Shown: one piece after another, positions 32,401-41,330 of the stretch | Layout of the letters: each line of letters begins with the position of its first letter | How positions within the stretch are numbered: position 1 is the first letter of the stretch | NCBI GenBank assembly: GCA_963792965.1 | Contig: CAWBYW010000016.1 | Location: 64,001-128,000 of the forward strand | Length of the DNA stretch: 64,000 nucleotides | DNA from: an uncultured delta proteobacterium | Lineage (GTDB): Bacteria; Desulfobacterota; Zymogenia; Zymogenales; Zymogenaceae | Direction: 5' to 3' | Position numbers and translations under genes: made by a program | The notes under the pieces: model-generated | Seen by the model: the letters and a program-made list of their open reading frames with translations, nothing else | Told to the model about the DNA's origin: nothing | Databases searched by the model: none

Positions 32401-33039
32401 CTATTTCAGTTGATAGGATATCCGATAGGTACACTGTTCATCGCCGAGGAGCCTACACTTATCCTCGACCACGGTTACGGACAGCTCCTTTTCGAAGCAC
32501 TCTCCAATGCCCTGGAGGACGCCCCTGACGAAGTCACAGGAGGGCCTTGTGAAGTCCTTTGCCTTTCCCGTGTCCTTTGTCAGCTCGTTGCACTCCGTGC
32601 AGTCGGGCCGATGGTTGACGATCTGTCGCGCCTCCGGCAGGTATTCGAGTGTCTTTTCCGGGTCATACCCCGCGTTCTTGACGTATGCCTGATACCCGAG
32701 CTTGAGCTTTTCAACCGGGTCAAAGTTCATCGTAACGAGGCTCTGAAGAGGGACCGAGTGTTTCAGGATATTCTTCACTGCAAACGTCCCACCCCGGTAC
32801 ATGACCACTCCATAGCCCCTGTTGCCCAACAGGTCCCTGACACCCAGAAACAGCTTCGTGATGTATTCATAGGGGACCCGAGCCTCGGGATCATAGTCCA
32901 CCGGGTTCTGGATCAGCTCAGCCAATCCGGCAAACCTAAGGACGGAGTTCTTGCCGTTTTGTCCCAATACGTCCTCAATCGCATCCACGCAAGACCGGTA
33001 ACTCACATGGGTAAGAGAGCTTCCTTCGGTCATCAGCAT
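32401..33039 (-). CDS. stand-alone V4R-domain protein
   Basis: EDVLGQNGKNSVL, CTEC, SCDFVRGVL, VEDKCRLLGDEQCTYRI. Confidence 0.8.
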   Translation of the reverse strand: MLMTEGSSLTHVSYRSCVDAIEDVLGQNGKNSVLRFAGLAELIQNPVDYDPEARVPYEYITKLFLGVRDLLGNRGYGVVMYRGGTFAVKNILKHSVPLQSLVTMNFDPVEKLKLGYQAYVKNAGYDPEKTLEYLPEARQIVNHRPDCTECNELTKDTGKAKDFTRPSCDFVRGVLQGIGECFEKELSVTVVEDKCRLLGDEQCTYRISYQLK

Positions 33040-33616
33040 ACTCCTTTCATTATGTCATAAAGGCGATCTTGTGCCCGGCCATTTCCCGCGAACCTTCTTG
33101 CGGACGCCTTCGAATGTTCGATGGACCGCGTCGCTCCGAACGGCAATAAGCCCGCCGGGGAACAGCGCCCTTGCCGGTTCCCGAATCGCCGCCGGGGTCG
33201 TCCGCCCGGGTCGCCTCGGCTCTGAACGTCACCCGCTTTTCCGGTCTTAGTGCAAAAATTTAATGATTGAAGTATCTTTATTATGTATTTTTAGCCAAAT
33301 GTCAAGAGACTTTTTCGTTGCGCTTGTCTTAAAAGGTGTATGCTGAAAGATGGATGCTGTCCGGACGCCCCGACGTAACGGAGTATAGGCCGTCTCCCTG
33401 TCGGAGGCCAACGGGGCTCTGATGTGACTGAGAGGGATGCCGTCCCGGCGGGGCGACGGCTCCGAACAGAAAAGGGTCACTCACCGATGAGGATCCGGCA
33501 CCTCCCGGCTCCTCTTTCGGTCCCCATCAAGGGCAATGCTCGCTATGGGTTGGGTGGTATGAGGAGACCTCACACCGGCAGGTCCATCGGGCGAGAGGTC
33601 CGGGCGCGACCTTAAG

Positions 33617-34009
33617 TTACGAGCCGAGCCCGGACTTGTCCCGCTCCTGGAAGACTTCCTTTGCCGCGGACATCCCGTTGAGGGCCGCCGGGAATCCGGC
33701 ATAGACGGCCATCTGGATGATGATCTCAACAACCTCCTGGCGCGTGCAGCCCACGTTGAGGGCGGCGTTTATGTGCACCTTCAGCTGTGGCGTGGCGTGG
33801 CCCAGCGCCGTGAGCGCCGCCACCGTGGCGATCTCCCTCGACTTCAGATCGAGCCCCGGGCGGCTGAAGACCTCCCCGAACGCGAACTCGATCACATATC
33901 GCCCGAGGTCCGGCGCGATGTCTTTCAGGCTCTCGATGACCCGATGGCCCGCCTCGCCGTCGATCTCGCCGAGCTTTTCAAGACCACGCTCATATCTGTC
34001 CTTGCTCAT
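33617..34009 (-). CDS. carboxymuconolactone decarboxylase family protein
   Basis: [38 protein letters not shown]; AGGAG RBS. Confidence 0.9.
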   Translation of the reverse strand: MSKDRYERGLEKLGEIDGEAGHRVIESLKDIAPDLGRYVIEFAFGEVFSRPGLDLKSREIATVAALTALGHATPQLKVHINAALNVGCTRQEVVEIIIQMAVYAGFPAALNGMSAAKEVFQERDKSGLGS

Positions 34010-34092
34010 CGTTCTCCTCCCTTTCTCCCTCACGGCAGGTATCGGGCATCGATGATGGAGGGAGAGCTGTTTCTTTGCGAATGGTCGGCCGG

Positions 34093-34612
34093 TCACTTCT
34101 TTTTCAGAGTGATCGTCACCTCGAAGGCCCCGGTGTTGTTGCCGTAATACCCCGGGTAGTCGTTGTAGCCGATAAAGAGACGGCCGTCCCGATCGGCCGC
34201 GTTCTCATACGGACGCGCCGATCGAAAAGGGCGTACCCGTATCGGTGATCCGGCCGACCAGCACCGCCAGCCTCCAACCCATGGCGCCGCCCGCGATCAC
34301 GTCGCCCGGCCCGCGATAGGGGGGACAGCCGGTCCTCCCGTCACAGGGGGGGTGATTCTTGCTCGGGACTGCCGTGACATGGAGGGTGTCGCCGTTCTTG
34401 ACGTCGATGCCCGTGTCCAGCCAGGTCATGTTGATCGGCAACACGACCAGGTAGTTGTTCCCACCGCCGCCCATGCCGATCCCGGCACTCCCCCGGATCT
34501 CGCCCTCCTTGGCGCCTGTGGTGTCCAACGGTTGCTGAGCTTGACCCACCGGCGAGAAAACGAAGAGAGCCGTCAGGACCGAGACGGCGACGGATAGAGA
34601 GAGTCTTTTCAT
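34093..34612 (-). CDS. exported LecA/PA-IL-like lectin (frameshifts near 34210 and 34150)
   Basis: signal peptide, [19 protein letters not shown]; reconstructed end [25 protein letters not shown]. Confidence 0.7.
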
Positions 34613-34967
34613 TTCGCACCGCTCCGATTTCTTGAATAAACGCTCATGCCCGTGCGGCCGCGGCACGGACGGTGAAAATAGAGGGCGTCGGGGGCCGCAC
34701 CGGCCCTGCCGGCACCCGACTGCCCGTACATGGGCGACCCGGGGGCATTAACACGTCGCCAGACGGGCGGACCGGGAGCTATTTTAGCATGATTTGTGGA
34801 GATGTAAAAGGATTCTCACGTCCCCGCAGGCCTGCGGTCGACGTTTCGTGGACGCGCCGCATGGCGCAGAGGAAAAGGGTCCCCGGTCGCTCGCGATAGC
34901 GGCAGTCGGCCGGGGTGTGGCTCTCGGGCGGCGCGGATAAGGGCCGCCGCTCGCGTCGCCGATGCCT

Positions 34968-35366
34968 CTACAGGACGGCGGTCAGCTTCTTTATCTCGGC
35001 GTACCGGGGAAGCAGGTCTTTGACGACCCGGTTCTTCTCGTCGACAAGGATGTGCTTGGGGACGTACTTCTTGGCCTCTTCGTCGTCAATCAGCGCAAAG
35101 GCGGCGATGATGACGAGGTCCCCCTTGTTGACGAGCCGGGCCGCGGCGCCGTTGATCCCAACGGTCCCGGAGCCCGCCTCCCCCTCGATGACGTAGGTCT
35201 GGAGCCGATTGCCGTTGGTGATGTCATAGATCCAGACCTCTTCGTAGGGGACGAGATCGGCCGCATCCATCAACTCCCGATCGATGGTGATGCTTCCCTC
35301 GTAGTTGATGTCGGCGCAGGTCACCGTGGCGCGGTGGATTTTCGATTTGCAAATTGATCTCAACAC
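34968..35366 (-). CDS. panD: aspartate 1-decarboxylase
   Basis: [18 protein letters not shown] (Gly-Ser cleavage site), NGAAAR. Confidence 0.97.
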   Translation of the reverse strand: MLRSICKSKIHRATVTCADINYEGSITIDRELMDAADLVPYEEVWIYDITNGNRLQTYVIEGEAGSGTVGINGAAARLVNKGDLVIIAAFALIDDEEAKKYVPKHILVDEKNRVVKDLLPRYAEIKKLTAVL

Positions 35367-36223
35367 TTGTCAAACTCCTCCCCCAAAACGGTGTTGTCGA
35401 TGAGACGCGTAGTACCAATATAGACCGCGAGCGCCAGAAGCGCCTTGTCCCATACCACCCCGACGATATCGTTGGTCGTCTCGGGGTGGGCCAATTTCAC
35501 GTAATCGATGCGGGCCGCCTCCTCGTTCATGATCACGCCGACGGCCCGATCCATGAGCGCGCCCACGCGCCGCTCCCCGTTCTCGAAGAGCTCGCGGGTA
35601 GCCATGATCGCACGAACGAGGCAGAGGGCCGCTTTACGCTCCTTGGGATTGAGGTATTTATTCCTCGAGCTCATGGCAATGCCGTCGGGCTCCCGCACGA
35701 TCGGCATGCCGATAATCCCCACGTCCATGTTCATGTCCTTGACCATCCGCTCGATAACCTTGAGCTGCTGGAAGTCCTTTCTGCCGAAAAGGGCGATGTG
35801 AGGCAGCACGCAGTGAAAGAGCTTGGCGCAGACCGTGGCGACTCCCCTGAAGTGGCCGGGGCGGGAGGCGCCGCAGAGGTTCTTGGTCACCTCCTCGACG
35901 TTTACATAGGTCTGGTAGCCGTCGGGATACATCTCCTCCACCGTGGGGGCAAACACCACGTCCACCCCGACCCCCTCCATCATCGACTTGTCACGCTCAA
36001 AATCACGCGGGTACTTACTGAGGTCCTCATTCGGCCCGAACTGGGTGGGGTTGACGAAAACCGAGACAACCAGCACGTCCGCGCGTTTTCGCCCCTCCCG
36101 CATGAGCGACAGGTGCCCTTCGTGGAGATATCCCATGGTGGGCACGCACGCGATGACTTTCCCCTCCACCCTGAGGTCCTGTGAGTAGGCCTGCATGTCT
36201 TTGATCCGCTCGATGATCTCCAT
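35360..36223 (-). CDS. panC: pantoate--beta-alanine ligase
   Basis: [42 protein letters not shown]. Confidence 0.97.
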   Translation of the reverse strand: MEIIERIKDMQAYSQDLRVEGKVIACVPTMGYLHEGHLSLMREGRKRADVLVVSVFVNPTQFGPNEDLSKYPRDFERDKSMMEGVGVDVVFAPTVEEMYPDGYQTYVNVEEVTKNLCGASRPGHFRGVATVCAKLFHCVLPHIALFGRKDFQQLKVIERMVKDMNMDVGIIGMPIVREPDGIAMSSRNKYLNPKERKAALCLVRAIMATRELFENGERRVGALMDRAVGVIMNEEAARIDYVKLAHPETTNDIVGVVWDKALLALAVYIGTTRLIDNTVLGEEFDKC

Positions 36224-36292
36224 TGCTATCTTTCCTCACATCGTCGTTATCGTTGTCGTCACCGGACCCCGCACCGATGGCCGGGCGTCGCC

Positions 36293-37105
36293 TCACTTGA
36301 CTTCGTAGGTATACTCCTTGGTGGGGAATCCGCCCCCCCTTACTTCGGATATATAAGTTTCAACGGCGGCCTTGGCCACCTCCTTGAGATTCGCGTATTC
36401 CTTGACGAATTTCGGCCGCCGGCCAAAGGTGAGGCCGAGGATATCGTGCATGACCAGCACCTGGCCGTCACACTCCGGGCCCGCGCCGATGCCGATGGTG
36501 GGGATCGAAAGCATCTTTGTGATCTCGGCGGCGAGGTCCGCGGGCATGGCCTCCAGCACGATGGCGTAGGCGCCCGCCTCCTCGACGGCCTTGGCGTCCT
36601 GGATCAGCTTCTTTCTGCCCTTATCGTCCTTTCCCTGTACCTTGAAGCCGCCCATGCGATGAACCGACTGGGGTGTGAGCCCGATGTGTCCCATGACGGG
36701 GATATCCATGTCGGTGATCGCCTTGATCCTTTCGCCGACGTTGACGCCGCCCTCGAGCTTCGCGGTCTCGGCCCCCCCTTCCTTCAGAAAGCGGCCGGCG
36801 TTTCTCACGGCCTCCTCGGTCGAGGCATGATAGCTCAAAAAGGGCATGTCCCCCACGACGAGCGCCCGGGGCTTGGCCCGCGCCACCGCCCGGGTGTGGT
36901 AGATCATCTCATCCATGGTGATAGGGAGCGTCGACTCGTAGCCCGCATAGACGTTGGCCGCGCTGTCCCCAACGAGGATCACGTCGATGCCGGCGTCCGA
37001 GAATATCCGCGCGAACGGGTAGTCATAGGCGGTGATCATGGTGATCTTTTCGCCCTCATCCTTCATCCTTTTCAGGTCGAGGATCGTCACTTTTTCCTGG
37101 CTCAT
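36293..37105 (-). CDS. panB: 3-methyl-2-oxobutanoate hydroxymethyltransferase
   Basis: TAYD, LVGDS, DMPFLSY, KLEGG, HIGLTPQS, GIGAG, DGQVLV. Confidence 0.97.
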   Translation of the reverse strand: MSQEKVTILDLKRMKDEGEKITMITAYDYPFARIFSDAGIDVILVGDSAANVYAGYESTLPITMDEMIYHTRAVARAKPRALVVGDMPFLSYHASTEEAVRNAGRFLKEGGAETAKLEGGVNVGERIKAITDMDIPVMGHIGLTPQSVHRMGGFKVQGKDDKGRKKLIQDAKAVEEAGAYAIVLEAMPADLAAEITKMLSIPTIGIGAGPECDGQVLVMHDILGLTFGRRPKFVKEYANLKEVAKAAVETYISEVRGGGFPTKEYTYEVK

Positions 37106-37200
37106 GTTTCGCCATCCTTTCGTGAAACAGGGACACTATTCCGCGGTCGAGGCAGCCGCCCGAAAGTCATTCCCGGAGGACGTGTAGTCCCCGCCGCTCC

Positions 37201-37242
37201 AAATAGAAAACCCCCGTGCCGACGTATCCGGGCACGGGGGTT
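37201..37242 (-). terminator. intrinsic terminator in the panB leader
   Basis: minus strand AACCCCCGTGCC-loop-GGCACGGGGGTT followed by TTCTATTT. Confidence 0.8.
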
Positions 37243-37377
37243 GGTGAGGTCTTGGGCTGGACAAAGGGGCTCTGAGCTGGGGATCCTCCCGAGAGAAACA
37301 GGGGGGGAGTCGGAGGGACTTTCCCCGTTCACCGAAGGCACCTGTCCTTTTTGTCCTTTATCGCCCTTCCTTCTCTT

Positions 37378-37483
37378 CCGTCCCAGTCCCTTTCAGCCGG
37401 CGGCTTACGGCACAAAACGGGGGTTCCAGCCTACGCTGTCTCCCCCGCGTGCGGCCCACCTGCTATGGAGTGGATCCAAGCGG
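37378..37483 (-). ncRNA. pan-type cis-regulatory RNA stem with extended loop
   Basis: CCGCUUGGAUCC (37483-37472) pairs with GGACUGGGACGG (37389-37378), leaving two bulged As, upstream of panBCD; family assignment from recall of the pan motif. Confidence 0.65.
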
Positions 37484-38107
37484 CACGAAGTATTGGGTTC
37501 CCGTCTTGAATTCTTTGATCTCTCTGACAAGCTGGGCAAAGTCGGTTTCGTTGGCCACGAAGTCGATATTCGTGGTGGAGATCACCAACAGCGGCGTCTC
37601 GTCATAGTGGAAGAAGAAGTCGCTGTAGGCCGCGGCGACCTTCGACAGGTAGCCGGCATCCAGGTTCTTCTCGTACGGCTTTGCCCTGCCCCTGATCCTC
37701 TTCTTGAGGGTCTCGGTATCCGCCGAGAGGTAGATGACCAGATCCGGCCTCACGACCCTCTGGCTCAGGATTCGATACAGCTCTTCATAGAGGAAGATTT
37801 CGTCCCGGTCGAGGTTGAGGTAGGCGAATATCCGATCTTTGGCGAAAAGGTAGTCGCCGATGGTCGTCGTCTGGAAAAGGTCGGCCTGGACGAGCGCAAG
37901 CTGCTGCTGGTACCGGGAAAGGAGAAAATAGAGCTGCGTCTTGAGCGCGTTCTTCTTCCGATCGCGATAGAATTCTTTCAAGAACGGGTTTTCTTCTACA
38001 TTCTCAAAGAGCGTCCTGGCCTGAAATTCTTCAGCCAGGCGGGAAGCCAGCGAGGTCTTCCCGACACCGATGGGGCCTTCCAGGACGATGTATCGTATCT
38101 TCTGCAT
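37463..38107 (-). CDS. deoxynucleoside kinase
   Basis: EGPIGVGKTS, ENPFL, QLYFLLSR, KDRIFA, PDLVIYL, RIRGR lid. Confidence 0.92.
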   Translation of the reverse strand: MQKIRYIVLEGPIGVGKTSLASRLAEEFQARTLFENVEENPFLKEFYRDRKKNALKTQLYFLLSRYQQQLALVQADLFQTTTIGDYLFAKDRIFAYLNLDRDEIFLYEELYRILSQRVVRPDLVIYLSADTETLKKRIRGRAKPYEKNLDAGYLSKVAAAYSDFFFHYDETPLLVISTTNIDFVANETDFAQLVREIKEFKTGTQYFVPLGSTP

Positions 38108-38418
38108 CAGTGCTCACAAACCATCCGCAGACCAAGCCCCACTACCTTATAGCACGCGGTGGATACGATGTCCAGCATTTTTTTGCGTCGGTCAGGGACT
38201 GCTCCCACCGCCCGGACTTCACGGCGGCCGACGGCCCTTTACCCATCCGCAGAGGAGCAGTCGCGGGACGAGGCACTCCCTGCCACGGAAAATAGCGGAA
38301 TATCCGGCGCTTTTTGCCTTACTGCACTCGTTTATCCTGTTGTAATGGTTGGACTTTCATGATAGATTTTAACCCTATTTGTTAGTCTACCCGCAACAAA
38401 TAATAGGCAGTCGCTGAC

Positions 38419-39531
38419 ATGAAAAGGTTTTTACTTCTTACCGTGCTTGTTTCTCTCATCGCCGGGACCAGCGTACTCGGTGCAGACAACGCCCAGGAGC
38501 TGTACAAAAAAGGCACCGACGCGCTGGGCAGGGGCGAATACATGAAGGCCGTCGAGTACCTTTCCGAGTCGATCGCCATAGAACCGCATGACGCCCGTGT
38601 CTATACAAAACGGGGATATGCCTATTACCGGGGCGGCAAGTTCGAAGAGTCTCTTTCCGATTTTTCCCGCGCGCTACAAATCGATCCGATGGACATCGAC
38701 GCCTACGTAGGTCGGGGCAACGTCTATGTCGTCTATCACGAGTTCGCCAAGGCCGATGCTGACTACACGAAGGCGATCACGCTTTCGCCGAAACTCGTCC
38801 GCGCTTATATGAGCAGGGGGCAGCTCTATGTCGTGTACGGACGATTCGACGACGCCGTTGCCGACTTCAGTTCGGCAATCGGGCTTGAGCCGGGCAACTT
38901 CCTTGCCTACGCCTATCGCGGCGGCGCCTACGCCTCTCTCGGACAGTACCGCAAGGCGCTGGCGGACTATAATAAATCGATCTCACTCAATCCCGGGGTA
39001 ATCGACACCTATTATAAGCGGGGACTCGTCTACGACAACCTCGAGCAATACGATCGGGCGATAGCCGACTTCACGGTCTACCTTTCAAAGAAGAATGACG
39101 CGAAGGCGCTGTATAATCGAGGGATGTCCTTTATGTTCCTCAAGCGCTATGTGGAGGCCCGAAAGGATTTCACAGACGCCATCGATCTCGACGGCAATTT
39201 CGGCATGGCCTACCTCAACCGGGCCTATGCCGCGATGAACCTTTCCGACTATCACGCGGCCGAGGACGATTTCGACAAGGCGATCAAGCTGTCGTCTAAT
39301 GACGTCCTGTCCTACATCGGCAGGGGGAATCTCTATCTGACGCAGAAGAAATACGATCCGGCCATTGCGGATTTTTCCGAGGCGATCCGTATCGCGCCTG
39401 AGCTTGCCGTCGCCTATTTCTACCGGGCGGGGGCGCTCAGGGGTATCGGGCGAGAAAAAGAGGCCGATTCCGATTTCCTCAGGGCCTGTCAGCTCGGGTA
39501 TGATGAGGCGTGCACCATGGTGAAGCGATGA
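38419..39531 (+). CDS. exported TPR-repeat protein
   Basis: signal peptide, ~10 TPRs (AYxxRG...A.ADF..AI), C-terminal ACQLG..AC. Confidence 0.9.
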   Translation: MKRFLLLTVLVSLIAGTSVLGADNAQELYKKGTDALGRGEYMKAVEYLSESIAIEPHDARVYTKRGYAYYRGGKFEESLSDFSRALQIDPMDIDAYVGRGNVYVVYHEFAKADADYTKAITLSPKLVRAYMSRGQLYVVYGRFDDAVADFSSAIGLEPGNFLAYAYRGGAYASLGQYRKALADYNKSISLNPGVIDTYYKRGLVYDNLEQYDRAIADFTVYLSKKNDAKALYNRGMSFMFLKRYVEARKDFTDAIDLDGNFGMAYLNRAYAAMNLSDYHAAEDDFDKAIKLSSNDVLSYIGRGNLYLTQKKYDPAIADFSEAIRIAPELAVAYFYRAGALRGIGREKEADSDFLRACQLGYDEACTMVKR

Positions 39532-39662
39532 GTGCGCCGTCGCCTCGCGGCGGGAAAGACGACGGAACTATTTACACGGGCTCAGCGGCATTTTCGGAAG
39601 GACGGGGCGACAGGTTGGCGGCGTTTCTTGGGATGTCGGGTATGACGCGTTGAGGGGGTTCG

Positions 39663-39857
39663 CTATTTTTTGTGCTCTTTACCGGCACGGGCGTCCTGGG
39701 ACCAGGTGCGCTCCCAGAGCTTTCGGATTGCCTGGGCCTGTCTGACGCCGAATTCTCCGAGGCAGACGGGGATCACGATATCCGGCGGCTCGGGGAGGCC
39801 TCTCACTTTCCCCGATCGTTCCTCCTGCCTTTCCTTCTCTTTTCCGATTTTCCGCAT
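39663..39857 (-). CDS. possible small hypothetical protein (64 aa)
   Basis: GAGG RBS, ATG 30 nt after the yihY-like stop; PPDIVIPVCLGEFG core. Confidence 0.35.
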   Translation of the reverse strand: MRKIGKEKERQEERSGKVRGLPEPPDIVIPVCLGEFGVRQAQAIRKLWERTWSQDARAGKEHKK

Positions 39858-39886
39858 TTCGTAATACCTCGCGCGGATCCGTCGCC

Positions 39887-41260
39887 TTACGGCCGCCTCA
39901 CGCCGGGTCGCTCCTTCCGTATATATCCCTCCGAGTACCGGTCGCACAGCTCGGCAAACGTGACACGCCCGTAATTGTGCGTCATATCGGCAAGGATCCC
40001 CTCTATCGCCTCCTTCAGAAACGGGCGCTCCCCTTCGGAGATATTCTCCTCGGGGTTCTCCCCGTACTCCCTGAGGGCAAAGAGAAGGTCCACAAGACGG
40101 ATCTTACCGAGATCTCGTGCCGGAAGATACCTCCCCTCATCCTCGCCGACCGCCGTAATCAGGCCCTCGTCCCGGAGGATGAACATAACGTTGTTGATCA
40201 GGTGAACCGGGATATCCAAGAGCTCCGAGATCTCCATGACGGACAGCGCCTCCTTCCCCTCGTGGAAAGTGGCCGCGACGGCCATAAAGACCCTGACGGC
40301 GAGCCGCTCGGAAAACGAGAAGCTCACCTTCGAGGCCGCCGCGTCCAGTCGGAAACGTCGGTAGTTCTGATGGACGTAAGCGGTAACCGCGCCGAGGATC
40401 ACCATGAGCCAGCTCATAAAGAGCCAGACCATGAAGAAGGGGATGGAGGCAAACCCTGAATAGATAATGTTGTAGTTGGAGAGCCCCAGCTGGAATTTCG
40501 TGTAGAGATAGAGCATCAGCTGCCAGAGCGTCCCGCCCACCAGCGATCCGAAGAGCGCCGAGGCAAGCCTTACCCTCGTATTTGGAATCACCTTGTAGAT
40601 GAACGTGAAGAGGAGCCAGACGACAAGATACGGCAGCATCCGCATAAACATTCTGATGAAGCTTGTGAACCAGGCCAATTCCACAAGCTTCTTGAGGATG
40701 ACGTTGCTCTCCAGCACCGTTGTGATGCCGATCGAGCCGATGATGAGGACGGGGAAGAGAACCGTGATGGTTGTATAGTACGACATGCGGGAAAGGAGCG
40801 GGCGCCTGTCCCTGATCCCCCAGATATCGTTGATCGTCGTCTCCAGCGAGCCGAGGGTTACAAAGAAGGCCCAGAACGTGATCACCAGACCGATGAAGCC
40901 GAGGGTGGCAAAGTTGGTGTTTCCCATGGAGTTCAGGATAGACTCGGCCAGATCGCTTCTTCCGAGGGTCATGTTCATAAGTATATACTGTTTCACATCC
41001 CGGCTTACCTTGAAGGCGGTGAGGAGCGAAAAGACAAAAGCAAGCATCGGGATCAGCGAGATGAGGGTGGTGTAGGTCAGGGCGGAGGCCCGAACCAACA
41101 TCCCACGCTCCCGGAGGGTCTGGAAGATGAGGGAGATCGTTTTTGACTCACGGGCGATCAGTCGGCCGAAGGGGACCCCTTTGCCTCCCGCCCGACCGAC
41201 GATTTTGGCAAGCAGACTGCCGAAGATCCCACCGATCGGGTCGGACTCCTTTTTTTTCAT
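39887..41260 (-). CDS. YihY/BrkB family inner-membrane protein with C-terminal winged-helix-like domain
   Basis: RASALTYTTLISLIP, INDIWG, IPNTRV, YNIIYSGFASIP, VILGA; C-terminal YLPARD. Confidence 0.88.
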   Translation of the reverse strand: MKKKESDPIGGIFGSLLAKIVGRAGGKGVPFGRLIARESKTISLIFQTLRERGMLVRASALTYTTLISLIPMLAFVFSLLTAFKVSRDVKQYILMNMTLGRSDLAESILNSMGNTNFATLGFIGLVITFWAFFVTLGSLETTINDIWGIRDRRPLLSRMSYYTTITVLFPVLIIGSIGITTVLESNVILKKLVELAWFTSFIRMFMRMLPYLVVWLLFTFIYKVIPNTRVRLASALFGSLVGGTLWQLMLYLYTKFQLGLSNYNIIYSGFASIPFFMVWLFMSWLMVILGAVTAYVHQNYRRFRLDAAASKVSFSFSERLAVRVFMAVAATFHEGKEALSVMEISELLDIPVHLINNVMFILRDEGLITAVGEDEGRYLPARDLGKIRLVDLLFALREYGENPEENISEGERPFLKEAIEGILADMTHNYGRVTFAELCDRYSEGYIRKERPGVRRP

Positions 41261-41330
41261 AGATTGGCCTTTACTTTATGGAGACGATTATATTATAGTT
41301 TTTTATATCATTTAGGCAAGGATAAAAAAG

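Noticed and set aside
33040-33616. Riboswitch (for example c-di-GMP) in the long intergenic region upstream of the V4R gene
   Set aside because: No recognisable aptamer consensus by eye; an Rfam cmscan would be needed to exclude it formally.
34205-34207. TGA in the lectin gene as a selenocysteine codon
   Set aside because: The homologous sequence continues in a different frame, so read-through would not restore it.
34720-34770. Nested hairpin (CTGCCCGT/ACGGGCGG, GGCGAC/GTCGCC) upstream of the lectin gene
   Set aside because: Short GC-rich stems are common at this composition; no second copy or known motif.
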